In this document: piece by piece, positions 9,462 through 20,431 of the stretch
How the letters are laid out: each line of letters begins with the position of its first letter
Position numbering within the stretch: position 1 is the stretch's first letter
Assembly: GCA_050294735.1 (NCBI GenBank)
Contig: JBNKOQ010000001.1
Span: 1 to 38,804 of the forward strand
Origin: Roseibium sp.
GTDB taxonomy: Bacteria; Pseudomonadota; Alphaproteobacteria; Rhizobiales; Stappiaceae
DNA length: 38,804 nucleotides
Reading direction: 5' to 3'
Made by a program: the position numbers and the translations under genes
Notes under the pieces: generated by a model
Seen by the model: the letters and a program-made list of their open reading frames with translations, nothing else
Told to the model about the DNA's origin: nothing
Database searches by the model: none

Positions 9462-10283
9462 TCAGCGGCGAGAGACGGCTTCCGCACCTATGACAACGTC
9501 GAGCATGTCGGATGTGGTTTCCTCCTGCCGCGCGATCCTCTCTTCCCGTTTCAGCTCATCTATCTTGCTATCTATGTTTTGCGAGGCTGATTCCATGGTC
9601 TGCAGGCGGGCGCCGTTTTCGCTTGCATGGCTTTCCATGAGGGCATGAGCAATCTCGGCGAACAGGTACTCGGTGGAAAGATCGCGCAACAGCCTCTCCA
9701 CTGGCAAGTGGTGGAGCGGAGGCGCGGGAGTCGTGCCGTGCGCTGGACGAGAGGGCTCCAGAGGCAGGACGGGCTTCACCGTGATCTCGTATGAGGCACC
9801 ATGAAGATAACGTGCAAAGACGATACGGGCGGAGGTGGAGGCCTTGAGACCGGATGCAATCCGGCGGGCGAGCGGTGTGATGCCGGCGACATGCGAGGCC
9901 ATCGGGAAAGTTTGATCAGGCTCGCTCCCCCGTTCCCGGGCTGCAGCCTCGCCGCGTCTACCGATTATGACAAGCCGTTCTTCGAGGATCCTGATCGTCA
10001 GTGCCTTTTCAATCAAACGGTTGTTGAACCCGCCGACAAAGCCGTTTTCGGAGGAAACGACAAGCAAGACGCCTCCGTCGCCGGCAGTCTGTCCCGGCAT
10101 ATCGACAAGCGGCGCGATTCCGGCGATGGCGCGTTCGATAATCCCGCAGTAAGCGCGCGTACCCTGAAAGGCCTCCTGCGCTTCGCGCGCGCGCCCAGCG
10201 GCCATGGATCGCAGCGCCCGGACCAGTTCATCCAGTTCTGAGAGACTCGTGAGACGCGTTTCGATCCGGGAAAGCTGTGTCAT
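9462..10283 (-). CDS. atpG: N-ATPase gamma subunit
   Basis: LVRALRSMAA, SENGFVGGFN, SENGARLQTMESASQN and ARQEETT motifs; last gene of the atpDCQRBEFAG order. Confidence 0.92.
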   Translation of the reverse strand: MTQLSRIETRLTSLSELDELVRALRSMAAGRAREAQEAFQGTRAYCGIIERAIAGIAPLVDMPGQTAGDGGVLLVVSSENGFVGGFNNRLIEKALTIRILEERLVIIGRRGEAAARERGSEPDQTFPMASHVAGITPLARRIASGLKASTSARIVFARYLHGASYEITVKPVLPLEPSRPAHGTTPAPPLHHLPVERLLRDLSTEYLFAEIAHALMESHASENGARLQTMESASQNIDSKIDELKREERIARQEETTSDMLDVVIGAEAVSRR

Positions 10284-11818
10284 GGCTTTTCGTCCCCTTC
10301 GGCATCCCGCGTAAGCTCGGCAATGCTGAGGTCTATCGCCTCAATCAGCGATGCCCGGGCGCCGTCGGAAAGCTGCTTTGTCTCATCGATTTCCTGCACG
10401 GCACTCGCACACTCCTTGGGCAGCCTGCCGCGCAAGAGCTGGCGCAGTCTGTCGACATCTGCGAGGGGCAGGTCATCGAGCTTTCTTTCATCCACCGCCA
10501 GCAGCAGAGCGACCTGCAGGGCAAGCGACAGCGGCGCATATTGAGGTTGTGCCAGGACGGCACGCAGTCGCCGGCCGTGCCCGATGGTCTTGGTGGTTCG
10601 CTCGTCGACCATCGCTCCGAAGCGTGTGAACACTTCAAGTTCGAGGAACTGTTCGTAGTCGAGCTTGAGTGAATCTGCGAGGCTCTTGATGGCCTTTACC
10701 TGCGTGGCTCCACCCACCCGCGAAACGCTCATGCCAACGTTCACGGCGGGTTTTTGTCCCTCGTAGAAGAGTTTCGGTTCCAGATAGATTTGCCCGTCCG
10801 TGATCGAGATGAGGTTTGTCGGGATATAGCCTGTGAGATTGCCCGCTTGTGTTTCGGCAATGGGCAGGGCCGTCAGCGTGCCGCCTCCTTTTTCCTTCGA
10901 TAGCTTTGAGGCCCGTTCGAGCAGGCGCGAATGTAGGTAGAAGACGTCACCCGGATAGGCTTCGCGGCCCGGGGGCTTGCGCAGGAGAAGTGAAATCTGC
11001 CGGTGCACGATCGCATGTTTGGTCAGATCGTCGAGGATCAAAAGTGCGTGTTGGCCCCTGTCGCGGAAGTATTCAGCCATGGTACAGGCCGCATAGGGTG
11101 TAATCCATTGCGCGCCCGGTGCCGCGTCTGCCGCCCCCACCACGAAGATGCAGCGGTCAGCAGCACCATGAGCACGGACAGCCTCGATGACCCGGGCAAT
11201 GGTTGAGGTTTTCTGGCCGATAGCGGCATAGACACAGACGACGTCCGAGGTACGCTGATTAATCATCGTGTCGATGGCAATCGTGGTTTTGCCGGTCTTG
11301 CGATCGCCGATGATCAACTGCCGTTGACCCCGGCCGAGAGGGATCATCGCATCAACTACGGTCAGTCCGGTTAGCAGTGGCTCGGTGACGAGGTCCCGAT
11401 CGACAATCCCAGGCGCTGGTCGCTCTATCGGATCAATTGCATCCGCCCGGACCGGACCGTTGCCGTCAAGCGGGTCGCCCAGTGGAGAAACCACACGCCC
11501 CAGCAGTTCCGGCCCCACTGGGGTCCTGATGATTTCTCCCGTCCCCATAACGCGGCTGCCAGCCCTGATATTGTCCGCCTGCGAAAGCAGGACACAGCCG
11601 ATTTCCCGCATGCCGACCGTCATGGCCAGCCCGAGGGTTCCGTCCTCGAAGCGCAGCAGTTCGTCGAGCCGGGTGTGTTTCAGTCCGGAAACGGTCGCCA
11701 CGCCGTCGCCTATTTCCTCGACACGGCCAACCTGGTCGAACTGCGGGGCAATCTCCGCGTGCCGAACCTGAGTCCGGAACGATTTCATCCAGGTTCTGGT
11801 TTCGTCTTCAAGTGCCAT
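10280..11818 (-). CDS. atpA: N-ATPase alpha subunit
   Basis: GDRKTGKT Walker A, PGREAYPGDVFYLHSRLLERA and PTNLISITDGQI. Confidence 0.96.
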   Translation of the reverse strand: MALEDETRTWMKSFRTQVRHAEIAPQFDQVGRVEEIGDGVATVSGLKHTRLDELLRFEDGTLGLAMTVGMREIGCVLLSQADNIRAGSRVMGTGEIIRTPVGPELLGRVVSPLGDPLDGNGPVRADAIDPIERPAPGIVDRDLVTEPLLTGLTVVDAMIPLGRGQRQLIIGDRKTGKTTIAIDTMINQRTSDVVCVYAAIGQKTSTIARVIEAVRAHGAADRCIFVVGAADAAPGAQWITPYAACTMAEYFRDRGQHALLILDDLTKHAIVHRQISLLLRKPPGREAYPGDVFYLHSRLLERASKLSKEKGGGTLTALPIAETQAGNLTGYIPTNLISITDGQIYLEPKLFYEGQKPAVNVGMSVSRVGGATQVKAIKSLADSLKLDYEQFLELEVFTRFGAMVDERTTKTIGHGRRLRAVLAQPQYAPLSLALQVALLLAVDERKLDDLPLADVDRLRQLLRGRLPKECASAVQEIDETKQLSDGARASLIEAIDLSIAELTRDAEGDEKP

Positions 11819-12557
11819 TTCGGGGGGGCATCTCCCGTACGAGCCTGTGAAGTCTTGCGGCTACAGAAAAGCTCAGCTCCGCGTGCGGAAAACGGAGTTC
11901 CACCCCGCCGATCAATTCCGGATCCACTTTGAATACGATCTGAGCGTCGCCGCCGAACCGGTGCTCAAGGGCGCTGCGCCAACTCCGGTGGTTCTTTTCT
12001 CCCAGAGCCACCGCCGAAACGATTTCCAGAGCCCCCGCCCCGTTCGCAAGATCGGTAACCAGATCGGAACGCTGCTCTTCGCTCAAGCCGTCCAGATAGG
12101 ACAGGATGTCCTCCAGAAGCGCGGCGGCGTCTGCGCCGACGCCTGCAAGTGCCTTGCTTGCCAGCTCGACCGCAAGATCAGCGATCGTTTCCTTTAGTTC
12201 CTCCAATGCCTTGGCCCGTTCCCGCGCAACCTTGTCCCGCGCATCCTTTAGCAGTGCTTCCGCCTGCTCGTGCGCGGCCTGCAGTACAGCGTCGCGTTCC
12301 TTCGACATCTCGGAGCGATATGCGGTTTCTTCCTTGTGTTGCGCTTCCGCCAGTCCGGCCGACCGGCGTTGGTACTCCGCTCTCGCAGCTTCGGCCGCAT
12401 CGGCTTTCTCCTGCGCCGCCTTCATTGCCTTGGCTCCTGCCGCTTCGCGCTCCTCAATGATGCGGCGGACCGGCTGGTAGAGGAACCGGCTCAGAAGCCA
12501 GACAACGACCATAAAATTTACCGTCTGAAACGCCAGGGTCCACCAGTCAATCTGCAT
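11808..12557 (-). CDS. atpF: N-ATPase b subunit with delta-like C-terminal extension
   Basis: MQIDWWTLAFQTVNF TM start, coiled coil and C-terminal VDPELIGGVEL; no separate atpH, as is typical of N-ATPases. Confidence 0.9.
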   Translation of the reverse strand: MQIDWWTLAFQTVNFMVVVWLLSRFLYQPVRRIIEEREAAGAKAMKAAQEKADAAEAARAEYQRRSAGLAEAQHKEETAYRSEMSKERDAVLQAAHEQAEALLKDARDKVARERAKALEELKETIADLAVELASKALAGVGADAAALLEDILSYLDGLSEEQRSDLVTDLANGAGALEIVSAVALGEKNHRSWRSALEHRFGGDAQIVFKVDPELIGGVELRFPHAELSFSVAARLHRLVREMPPRNGT

Positions 12558-12559
12558 GG

Positions 12560-12808
12560 TCAGCCGACAAACGGATTTGCATAGAGCAGAAGGAGTGCGA
12601 CGACGAGGCAGTAGATCGCCATGGTCTCGATCATTGCCAGGCCAACGAATAATGTCCGTGAGATGGTTCCCGCCGCCTCGGGCTGGCGGGCGATTGCATC
12701 CATAGCGGCGGCAAGAGCCCGTCCCTCGGCGAAGGCCGGCATGATCGCACCGGCGGACACGGCCACAACCGCACCTATGATGCTGAGATTTTGGATTGCA
12801 TATTCCAT
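12560..12808 (-). CDS. atpE: N-ATPase c subunit (82 aa)
   Basis: ARQPEA loop, E28 in helix 1 and IETMAIY in helix 2; RBS AAAGGA before ATG 12808. Confidence 0.94.
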   Translation of the reverse strand: MEYAIQNLSIIGAVVAVSAGAIMPAFAEGRALAAAMDAIARQPEAAGTISRTLFVGLAMIETMAIYCLVVALLLLYANPFVG

Positions 12809-12821
12809 GAACGGTCCTTTC

Positions 12822-13490
12822 TCAGGTCTCCACTGTTCCGACGGCAGCGGCGATATAGACGCTGGCGAGAACGGTAAAGATGTAGGCTTGAATGATGCCA
12901 ATCATAATGCCGAGCAGCAGGAAGGGCACTGGCAGTAGCAACCCCGAAAGAAAGATCAGAATCGCAATGACGAACTCATGACTCATCATGTTTCCGAAGA
13001 GGCGGATCATCAGCGAGAAAGTTCTGGTCAATTCCGACAGGATGTTCAATGGCAGCAGCAACGGGTTCGGTTCCAGGTAGTGGCGCAGATACGCGCCGCC
13101 TCCACGCGCCGAAACGCCATAAAAATGCACCGACAGAAATACGATGAGCGCCAGCGCGGCGGGGGTTTCGATATGCCCGGTCGGAGGCGTAGCGCCGGGA
13201 AAGACGGCGGCAAGATTGGCCAGGCAAAGGAAGATGAACAGCGAGCCGAGGATTGGCATGAAGGGCCACGGGTCGCGGCCGATGATCTCGCGGATCTGCC
13301 AGGCAAGCGTCGTCACAAGGATTTCGAGAATAACCCGGACAGACCCCAGTCGGCCCGCGGGCCTGCACATCACAATGGGCAGGAATATCGCAAGTGCTGC
13401 CATGATCACCCAAGTCGTCACGACAGCCCGGCTGATCGGAACGGGGCCGAAGTGAAACAGGATATCCGGTCTCAGCGGGTTAGCTTCCAT
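12822..13490 (-). CDS. atpB: N-ATPase a subunit
   Basis: [13 protein letters not shown] (essential Arg) and [10 protein letters not shown]; start ATG 13490. Confidence 0.93.
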   Translation of the reverse strand: MEANPLRPDILFHFGPVPISRAVVTTWVIMAALAIFLPIVMCRPAGRLGSVRVILEILVTTLAWQIREIIGRDPWPFMPILGSLFIFLCLANLAAVFPGATPPTGHIETPAALALIVFLSVHFYGVSARGGGAYLRHYLEPNPLLLPLNILSELTRTFSLMIRLFGNMMSHEFVIAILIFLSGLLLPVPFLLLGIMIGIIQAYIFTVLASVYIAAAVGTVET

Positions 13491-13764
13491 GCTCGAACCT
13501 CCCGACGTAACGTGCCCCGAAGGTGCGGGCCAAGAGAAAACCGGCGAACATGAGGAGAAGCGGCCAGGCACCATGCCAGGCGGCGAAAGAGAAGCCGGCA
13601 ATTGCCAGGACTGCGCGCGCAAGCAGGTAGGCCACTGCGGGTCCGGAACCGGTCGGCTGGGCAATGGCGGCCACACTGCGGGAGATCAGGAGCAGATAGA
13701 CCCAGGCGAGGGCGCCTCCGGCCAGCAGCCATCCGATCATCTCGGGCAGGGTGGACAAGGTCAT
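13480..13764 (-). CDS. atpR: N-ATPase AtpR subunit (94 aa)
   Basis: Hydrophobic small protein with two membrane-embedded Arg (LLARAVL, FLLART); sits between atpQ and atpB; ATGA overlap with the atpQ stop. Confidence 0.82.
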   Translation of the reverse strand: MTLSTLPEMIGWLLAGGALAWVYLLLISRSVAAIAQPTGSGPAVAYLLARAVLAIAGFSFAAWHGAWPLLLMFAGFLLARTFGARYVGRFEHGS

Positions 13765-14083
13765 TTTTGGTTCATCCTCCTGCAAACGAGATAGAAACCG
13801 ACGCAGGCTCCCAGAAAGATCAGTGTGCCGGAAAACTGTATGCCCGTGCCAAGCCGGGCATCGAGCCAGCGGCCGGCCACCACGCCGAGAAGCACTGGCG
13901 TCACCATGAGCCAGCCAAGCATACCGATCATCGACAGGTTCTTCCAGAGCGGCCGCTCTCCCTCCTGTTCCCATTGCGCATGGCGCTGCTGGCGCAGCCG
14001 GACGGCATCTTTCATGGCTTTCCGCCCTTCATGGTTCACCTGAAGACGGTCCTTCTCGTCGCGATCCGGACGGTGTTCGCCGC

Positions 14084-14087
<4 letters not shown>
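13761..14087 (-). CDS. atpQ: N-ATPase AtpQ (AtpZ/AtpI-like, gene 1) protein
   Basis: LSMIGMLGWLMVTPVLLGVVAGRWLD motif, two TM segments and operon position. Confidence 0.85.
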
Positions 14088-16120
<2,033 letters not shown>

Positions 16121-16132
16121 CCCAATAAAACT

Positions 16133-16174
16133 ATGTTACAGGCGAACCTGGCGATAATCATTGATACACGTCAA
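16133..16174 (-). promoter_or_regulatory. FNR/FixK-type box with -10 element (class II promoter) upstream of atpD
   Basis: TTGATACACGTCAA at 16161-16174 (consensus TTGAT-N4-ATCAA, one mismatch). Centring it at -41.5 puts TAACAT (16138-16133, minus) at -12..-7. Confidence 0.65.
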
Positions 16175-16420
16175 CCGTTTAACTGTGCAGCATCACAAGA
16201 GAGCCATATCGGCCACCAGTTCGAACGCAAAGCCGGTGACGGATTCGAGCCACGATGGGACCTGGGGAACCGGTGCGAACGGCTTTATTCTCAGAGACTC
16301 GGTAGGCCGACACGCCATTATCGCGGCGATCCTCAAGTTCGGTCGGATGTCCGAAGGTTGCGTAGGGCGGGTTTTTACAGAAATTGAGGTTCACTCGTCC
16401 GTGAGGCGAGGGAAGTCGCA

Positions 16421-16543
16421 ATTTTTTACTTGTTTCGGATTTTTGAAGTATGCCGAACCCCGAAAGTCCTGGGGGACTAAGGGGTTCGGGCCAATTTAAT
16501 ATTATGTGCCCACATTTACGTTAGGGGGGCGAGGAGCCGTCCT
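16421..16543. repeat. Right copy of imperfect inverted repeat bounding the N-ATPase block
   Basis: Reverse complement of 8979-9109 as described; contains the hairpin CCGAACCCC-GAA-AGTCC-TGGG-GGACT-AA-GGGGTTCGG. Confidence 0.85.
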
Positions 16544-16575
16544 GATTCGTTTGTTGAGCTTTGCTAGATCTGTGC

Positions 16576-19011
16576 TTAGGCAGCGGCCACTTGCGACAGG
16601 AAGTTCTCGACTTCGTTTCTGAGCGTGGCGGTTTTTTCGCTCAATTCCCCGGAGGCAGACAGGACCATGTCCGCGGACTGGGTCGTCTGGTCGACGGCCT
16701 GCGACAGTTCCGACATATTGCTGGAAACCTGAGTGGTGCCAGCCGCCGCCCGCTGGACGTTTTGTGAGATCTCGCTGGTTGCGGCGCCCTGTTGTTCGAC
16801 CGCCGCTGCAATTGTCGATGTGTAATTGTCGACCTCTTCCATGATCCCGGTTATTGCGGCGATGGCTTCGGCGGACTCTTTGGTCGCGCTCTGGATTGCG
16901 GAAATCTGGCTGGAGATCTCTTCTGTTGCCTTGGAAGTCTGCGTTGCCAGTTCCTTCACCTCAGCGGCGACAACCGCGAAGCCTTTGCCTGCGTCGCCGG
17001 CACGCGCTGCTTCGATCGTGGCATTCAGGGCCAGAAGGTTCGTTTGCTCGGCAATGGCCTGAATCAGGGTGATAACTTCACCGATTTTGCCGGCCGAAGC
17101 GGCGAGGCCTTCAACCTTTTCATTGGTTGTCCGGGTGCCTTCCGTAGCTCGCCCAACCACTTCTGTTGTCTGTGCGACCTGGCGGGAAATCTCCCCAATG
17201 GAGGCGGCCAGTTCTTCTGCTGCACTGGCAACCGTTTGAACGTTTTGCGTCGCTTCGTCAGAAGCAGACAGGGTTTGTGTGGCGTGATTGGAACTTTCGC
17301 GGGCAATTCCTGTCAGTCCCTGTGCGGTTGTATCCAGGCTCTGCGCCGTTTCGCCAACAGAAGAAAGGACATCAGAGGCTGTCGCACGGAAGTTGCTGAT
17401 AAGATCCTCGACCTTCCGCTGCCTTACAAGACGCTCTTCCTGCTCGACCGTGCTTTCCTGCTGAAGGCGCGTGCGTTCGACCGCATTGTCACGGAAAATC
17501 TGGACGGTTCTGTTCATGTCGCCGATTTCATCGCCGCGGTCAGTGCCGGAGATGTCTACATCGGTGTTACCTTCAGCCAGTTCGGACATGACCGAAGTTG
17601 TCCGCTGGATTGGCTTTGTTACGGCGATGTTGAGGCTGATGGCCAGACCAATGCCGACCACAATGGCAACAATCACGGTGCTGGCGATGACAAACAGCGC
17701 TTGCTGGCTGGACGCTGTGGCCTGAGCGGACTGCTCGGAGGCGATTTGTTCAAGCATCCCGGCAACGTCGTTTGAAAGAGCCGTCATTATATCCATTTGA
17801 CGGATCGCTTCGGCCTTGGCTTCGACGATACCAGCAAATCCGCTCTCAAAGGCGTTGATGGCACCTTGGGAGGCTGCCAATTGTTTGTTGATCGAAGGAA
17901 AATCCTGCGTGGCGGAGCTGAGTGCGCCGCTTGCGTCGATTACAGCCTTAAGATGTTCGAGGACATTTGATCCATCAGATGCCTCGGTCTCTGCCAGAAA
18001 CTCGAGTGTCGCGGCGCGAACCGTCAGAGCTCCGGCATTCATTGCAGCGGCTTGCTCGGAAATGGCGTTGACCATCAGAAGGCGCGTATTGGCGGCGGCA
18101 GCGTTTGCCTGAACTTCGGAGACGGCCTTCGCCGTTTTTGTCCGAATATTGCTAGCGGCTTCGGAAAGTGCGGTGATCGAGTCTTTGACTTCAAGCTTAA
18201 GACTGTAAACAGCCATGAAATCCGTCGTTGACATCAATGTTGTAAGCTTTGTCGAAAGCTCCGAAGCGGCGCTCGCAAGTGTATCGAGTTCCTGTGCTGA
18301 TATATTGTCGATCTTTGCGCTCTGCAGCGTTTGGGCTTTGGGCGAAAGTTCCTCAGCCTTGGCTTTGGCCGCCTGCATTTTATCGCCGGTCAATGACGTG
18401 CCGGCCTCATTATAAAGGTTTTGGATAACCAGGGCGCCTTCTTCCAGCAGGGCAGCAGTTTGCCCGACCTGTCTGGCACTTTCCTGGGTTGCGCGTGCTG
18501 ATTGCGCGGCGGCCGCCGCTTCATTTCTTATTTCGCCGGCCTTGCCGTCGATTGCTTTTGCCAGTGTGCTGAGTTCAGTGATGGCTACATTGACATTGGA
18601 TTGCAGGCTGTCCCGGTTTGCGAGCACCTTGGAAAGGTCCGCGAAACTGGAACTCAGACCTGCAACTGCCTCCAGAGACGCGGCGACATTCTTTTGAGCC
18701 TGCGGGTCTTCTGAGAGATTCGCATTTAATCTTTTGAGCTCGTCGGAAAGGACGTTAATCGATCGGGATGCTGCCTCCGCATCTGCTTGATTCCGATTGG
18801 ACAAATAGGTGTCCCGCTTCATCGTGACGTCTTGAAGGTCGGTCATGACCTGCATTGCGACATCTGCGTTCTGAAAGCGGCTTTCCAGGCCAATAACCGA
18901 AAAAGCTCCGACCCCGCCCACAATCGCAGCGAGCAGGAGCACGGCTCCAACACCCCCACCGATCTTGATGCCAATGCGAAGGTCGTTGAAAAGCCTAAGC
19001 AATTTATTCAT
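16576..19011 (-). CDS. Methyl-accepting chemotaxis protein
   Basis: Two TM segments, HAMP (RGDEIGDM) and signalling hairpin [34 protein letters not shown]; start ATG 19011. Confidence 0.95.
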   Translation of the reverse strand: MNKLLRLFNDLRIGIKIGGGVGAVLLLAAIVGGVGAFSVIGLESRFQNADVAMQVMTDLQDVTMKRDTYLSNRNQADAEAASRSINVLSDELKRLNANLSEDPQAQKNVAASLEAVAGLSSSFADLSKVLANRDSLQSNVNVAITELSTLAKAIDGKAGEIRNEAAAAAQSARATQESARQVGQTAALLEEGALVIQNLYNEAGTSLTGDKMQAAKAKAEELSPKAQTLQSAKIDNISAQELDTLASAASELSTKLTTLMSTTDFMAVYSLKLEVKDSITALSEAASNIRTKTAKAVSEVQANAAAANTRLLMVNAISEQAAAMNAGALTVRAATLEFLAETEASDGSNVLEHLKAVIDASGALSSATQDFPSINKQLAASQGAINAFESGFAGIVEAKAEAIRQMDIMTALSNDVAGMLEQIASEQSAQATASSQQALFVIASTVIVAIVVGIGLAISLNIAVTKPIQRTTSVMSELAEGNTDVDISGTDRGDEIGDMNRTVQIFRDNAVERTRLQQESTVEQEERLVRQRKVEDLISNFRATASDVLSSVGETAQSLDTTAQGLTGIARESSNHATQTLSASDEATQNVQTVASAAEELAASIGEISRQVAQTTEVVGRATEGTRTTNEKVEGLAASAGKIGEVITLIQAIAEQTNLLALNATIEAARAGDAGKGFAVVAAEVKELATQTSKATEEISSQISAIQSATKESAEAIAAITGIMEEVDNYTSTIAAAVEQQGAATSEISQNVQRAAAGTTQVSSNMSELSQAVDQTTQSADMVLSASGELSEKTATLRNEVENFLSQVAAA

Positions 19012-19056
19012 GTGAGATCCCGCCCGCAACCCAAGTTTAGATTGCTGTTATGGTAA

Positions 19057-19100
19057 AAATTACAGGTAAAATAGGAGGTAAGTATAAATTACTGGTAAAA
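19057..19100. promoter_or_regulatory. Tandem 15-bp direct repeat AAATTACWGGTAAAA upstream of mcp
   Basis: Copies at 19057-19071 and 19086-19100 differ at one base; each contains the palindrome TTAC-N2-GTAA. Confidence 0.45.
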
Positions 19101-19186
19101 ACTCTAGGGAATCGAATGTCGTTATTACGGTTTTTTGGTGTATGTTGCAGTGCATATATTTGAGTTTTGGAGTCTTGTCTTATAGA

Positions 19187-19215
19187 GCAAAGGCCTCCCT
19201 GTGGGAGGCCTTTGC
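19187..19215. terminator. Stem-loop, probable intrinsic terminator of the SDR gene
   Basis: 13-bp perfect stem GCAAAGGCCTCCC / GGGAGGCCTTTGC with 3-nt loop, ~65 bp downstream of the SDR stop. Confidence 0.7.
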
Positions 19216-19281
19216 GTTATTCATCAGTAATGTAGAAAAGCCAAAGGTTGCTTGGCAGCTAAAACCTTTAAGGGAAAAATC

Positions 19282-20040
19282 CTAAACGTGCTGGCCGCCG
19301 TTGATGTGAATTTCAGATCCGGTGACGTAGGAGGACGGGCTGGTGCACAGAAAATGGATGGTGTCGGCAACTTCATCCGGGCGGCCAAGGCGGCGGAGGG
19401 GGAGGTCATCGATCATCTTTTCGGTCCCTGGTGACAGGATTGACGTGTCGATCTCGCCAGGGGCGATTGCATTGACACGAATGCCATGCGGGCCGAAATC
19501 GGCGGCCATTTCCCGCGTCAGGGATGACAAGGCGGCTTTTGATGTTGCATATGCCGTTCCGGCGAATGGGTGAACTCTCGATCCGGCAATCGACGTCACA
19601 TTGACGATGGAACCGCCTGCATTTTTTAACTCGTGGAAGAGCCCCCGACCGAGCATGATGGGGGCGAAGAAATTCACCTGAAAGACATGGCGCCAGATAT
19701 GCATGGACGTTGTCAGCGAATCCAGGCGTTGCCCTTCTTCGCCCTTTGGGCTGATGCCGGCGTTGTTGACCAGCGCATGCAATTTCGATCCGTGTGGCTC
19801 AAGCCGTTTCCGCATCTCCTGAACCGCGTAGCCGAGGTTTTCCGGATCAGACAAGTCGACCTGAATGTGATCCTCAGGCCCCATGGGCCAAGGGCATTTG
19901 TCGGAAAATGCGTATCTGGAACAGGTGATCACACGCCATCCTGCGGCCGAAAAGCGTTTCACGGTGGCATGCCCGATACCCCGGCTGGCGCCGGTCAGAA
20001 CAATCGTCCGTCTTTCGTCAATTTTGCTCTCGTCGGTCAT
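19282..20040 (-). CDS. Short-chain dehydrogenase/reductase, FixR-like
   Basis: TGASRGIG, NNAG and YATSK motifs; CPW...DHIQVDL, SRVHPFAG and INGGQHV resemble Bradyrhizobium FixR (from recall). Confidence 0.88.
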   Translation of the reverse strand: MTDESKIDERRTIVLTGASRGIGHATVKRFSAAGWRVITCSRYAFSDKCPWPMGPEDHIQVDLSDPENLGYAVQEMRKRLEPHGSKLHALVNNAGISPKGEEGQRLDSLTTSMHIWRHVFQVNFFAPIMLGRGLFHELKNAGGSIVNVTSIAGSRVHPFAGTAYATSKAALSSLTREMAADFGPHGIRVNAIAPGEIDTSILSPGTEKMIDDLPLRRLGRPDEVADTIHFLCTSPSSYVTGSEIHINGGQHV

Positions 20041-20171
20041 GCGGATTGCCTTGATCTCTTATTATCGTTTAGGGATAGGAAAGTTGACTTTTCCGGTTCA
20101 CTTTAGTTTATGCGCCGGAACCCCATCTATGCCAGACTAAATTGGAAAAATGAAACGTCACGGGCCCGGGA

Positions 20172-20414
20172 ATGATAATCTGTTCGTGTAATGTGCTGTC
20201 GGACAAGCAACTTCGCAAGGCCGCCGAGGAAATGCGTGCGGATCCGAACGCCAAAGTGCTGACACCCGGTGCGGTGTTTCGCCACCTTGGATGCCGTCCC
20301 CGATGTGGCAGCTGCTTTCCTTCGGTAATTGACTTAATTCACGAAAAAGCCTCTGAAGAACAGGGCGCGGCATCAGACGGGTATAGCCTGTTGAAAGTTG
20401 CGAACGGCCGGTAG
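20172..20414 (+). CDS. bfd: Bacterioferritin-associated [2Fe-2S] ferredoxin
   Basis: MIICSCN and CGSC motifs; directly upstream of bfr. Confidence 0.9.
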   Translation: MIICSCNVLSDKQLRKAAEEMRADPNAKVLTPGAVFRHLGCRPRCGSCFPSVIDLIHEKASEEQGAASDGYSLLKVANGR

Positions 20415-20431
20415 CAAAAAAGGCGAACTCC

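Noticed and set aside
16401-16415. GTGAGGCGAGGGAAG matches 9359-9345 on the minus strand (GTGTGGCGAGGGAAG) at 14 of 15 positions
   Set aside because: Short, and the left copy lies within the IS6 remnant; chance cannot be excluded, so it was not used to extend the repeat.
16491-16520. AT-rich core of the repeats as a XerCD dif/pdif site (TTATGTGCCCA resembles a XerC arm)
   Set aside because: No XerD arm (TTATGTTAAAT-like) at 6-bp spacing in either copy; kept only as a possible generic recombinase core.
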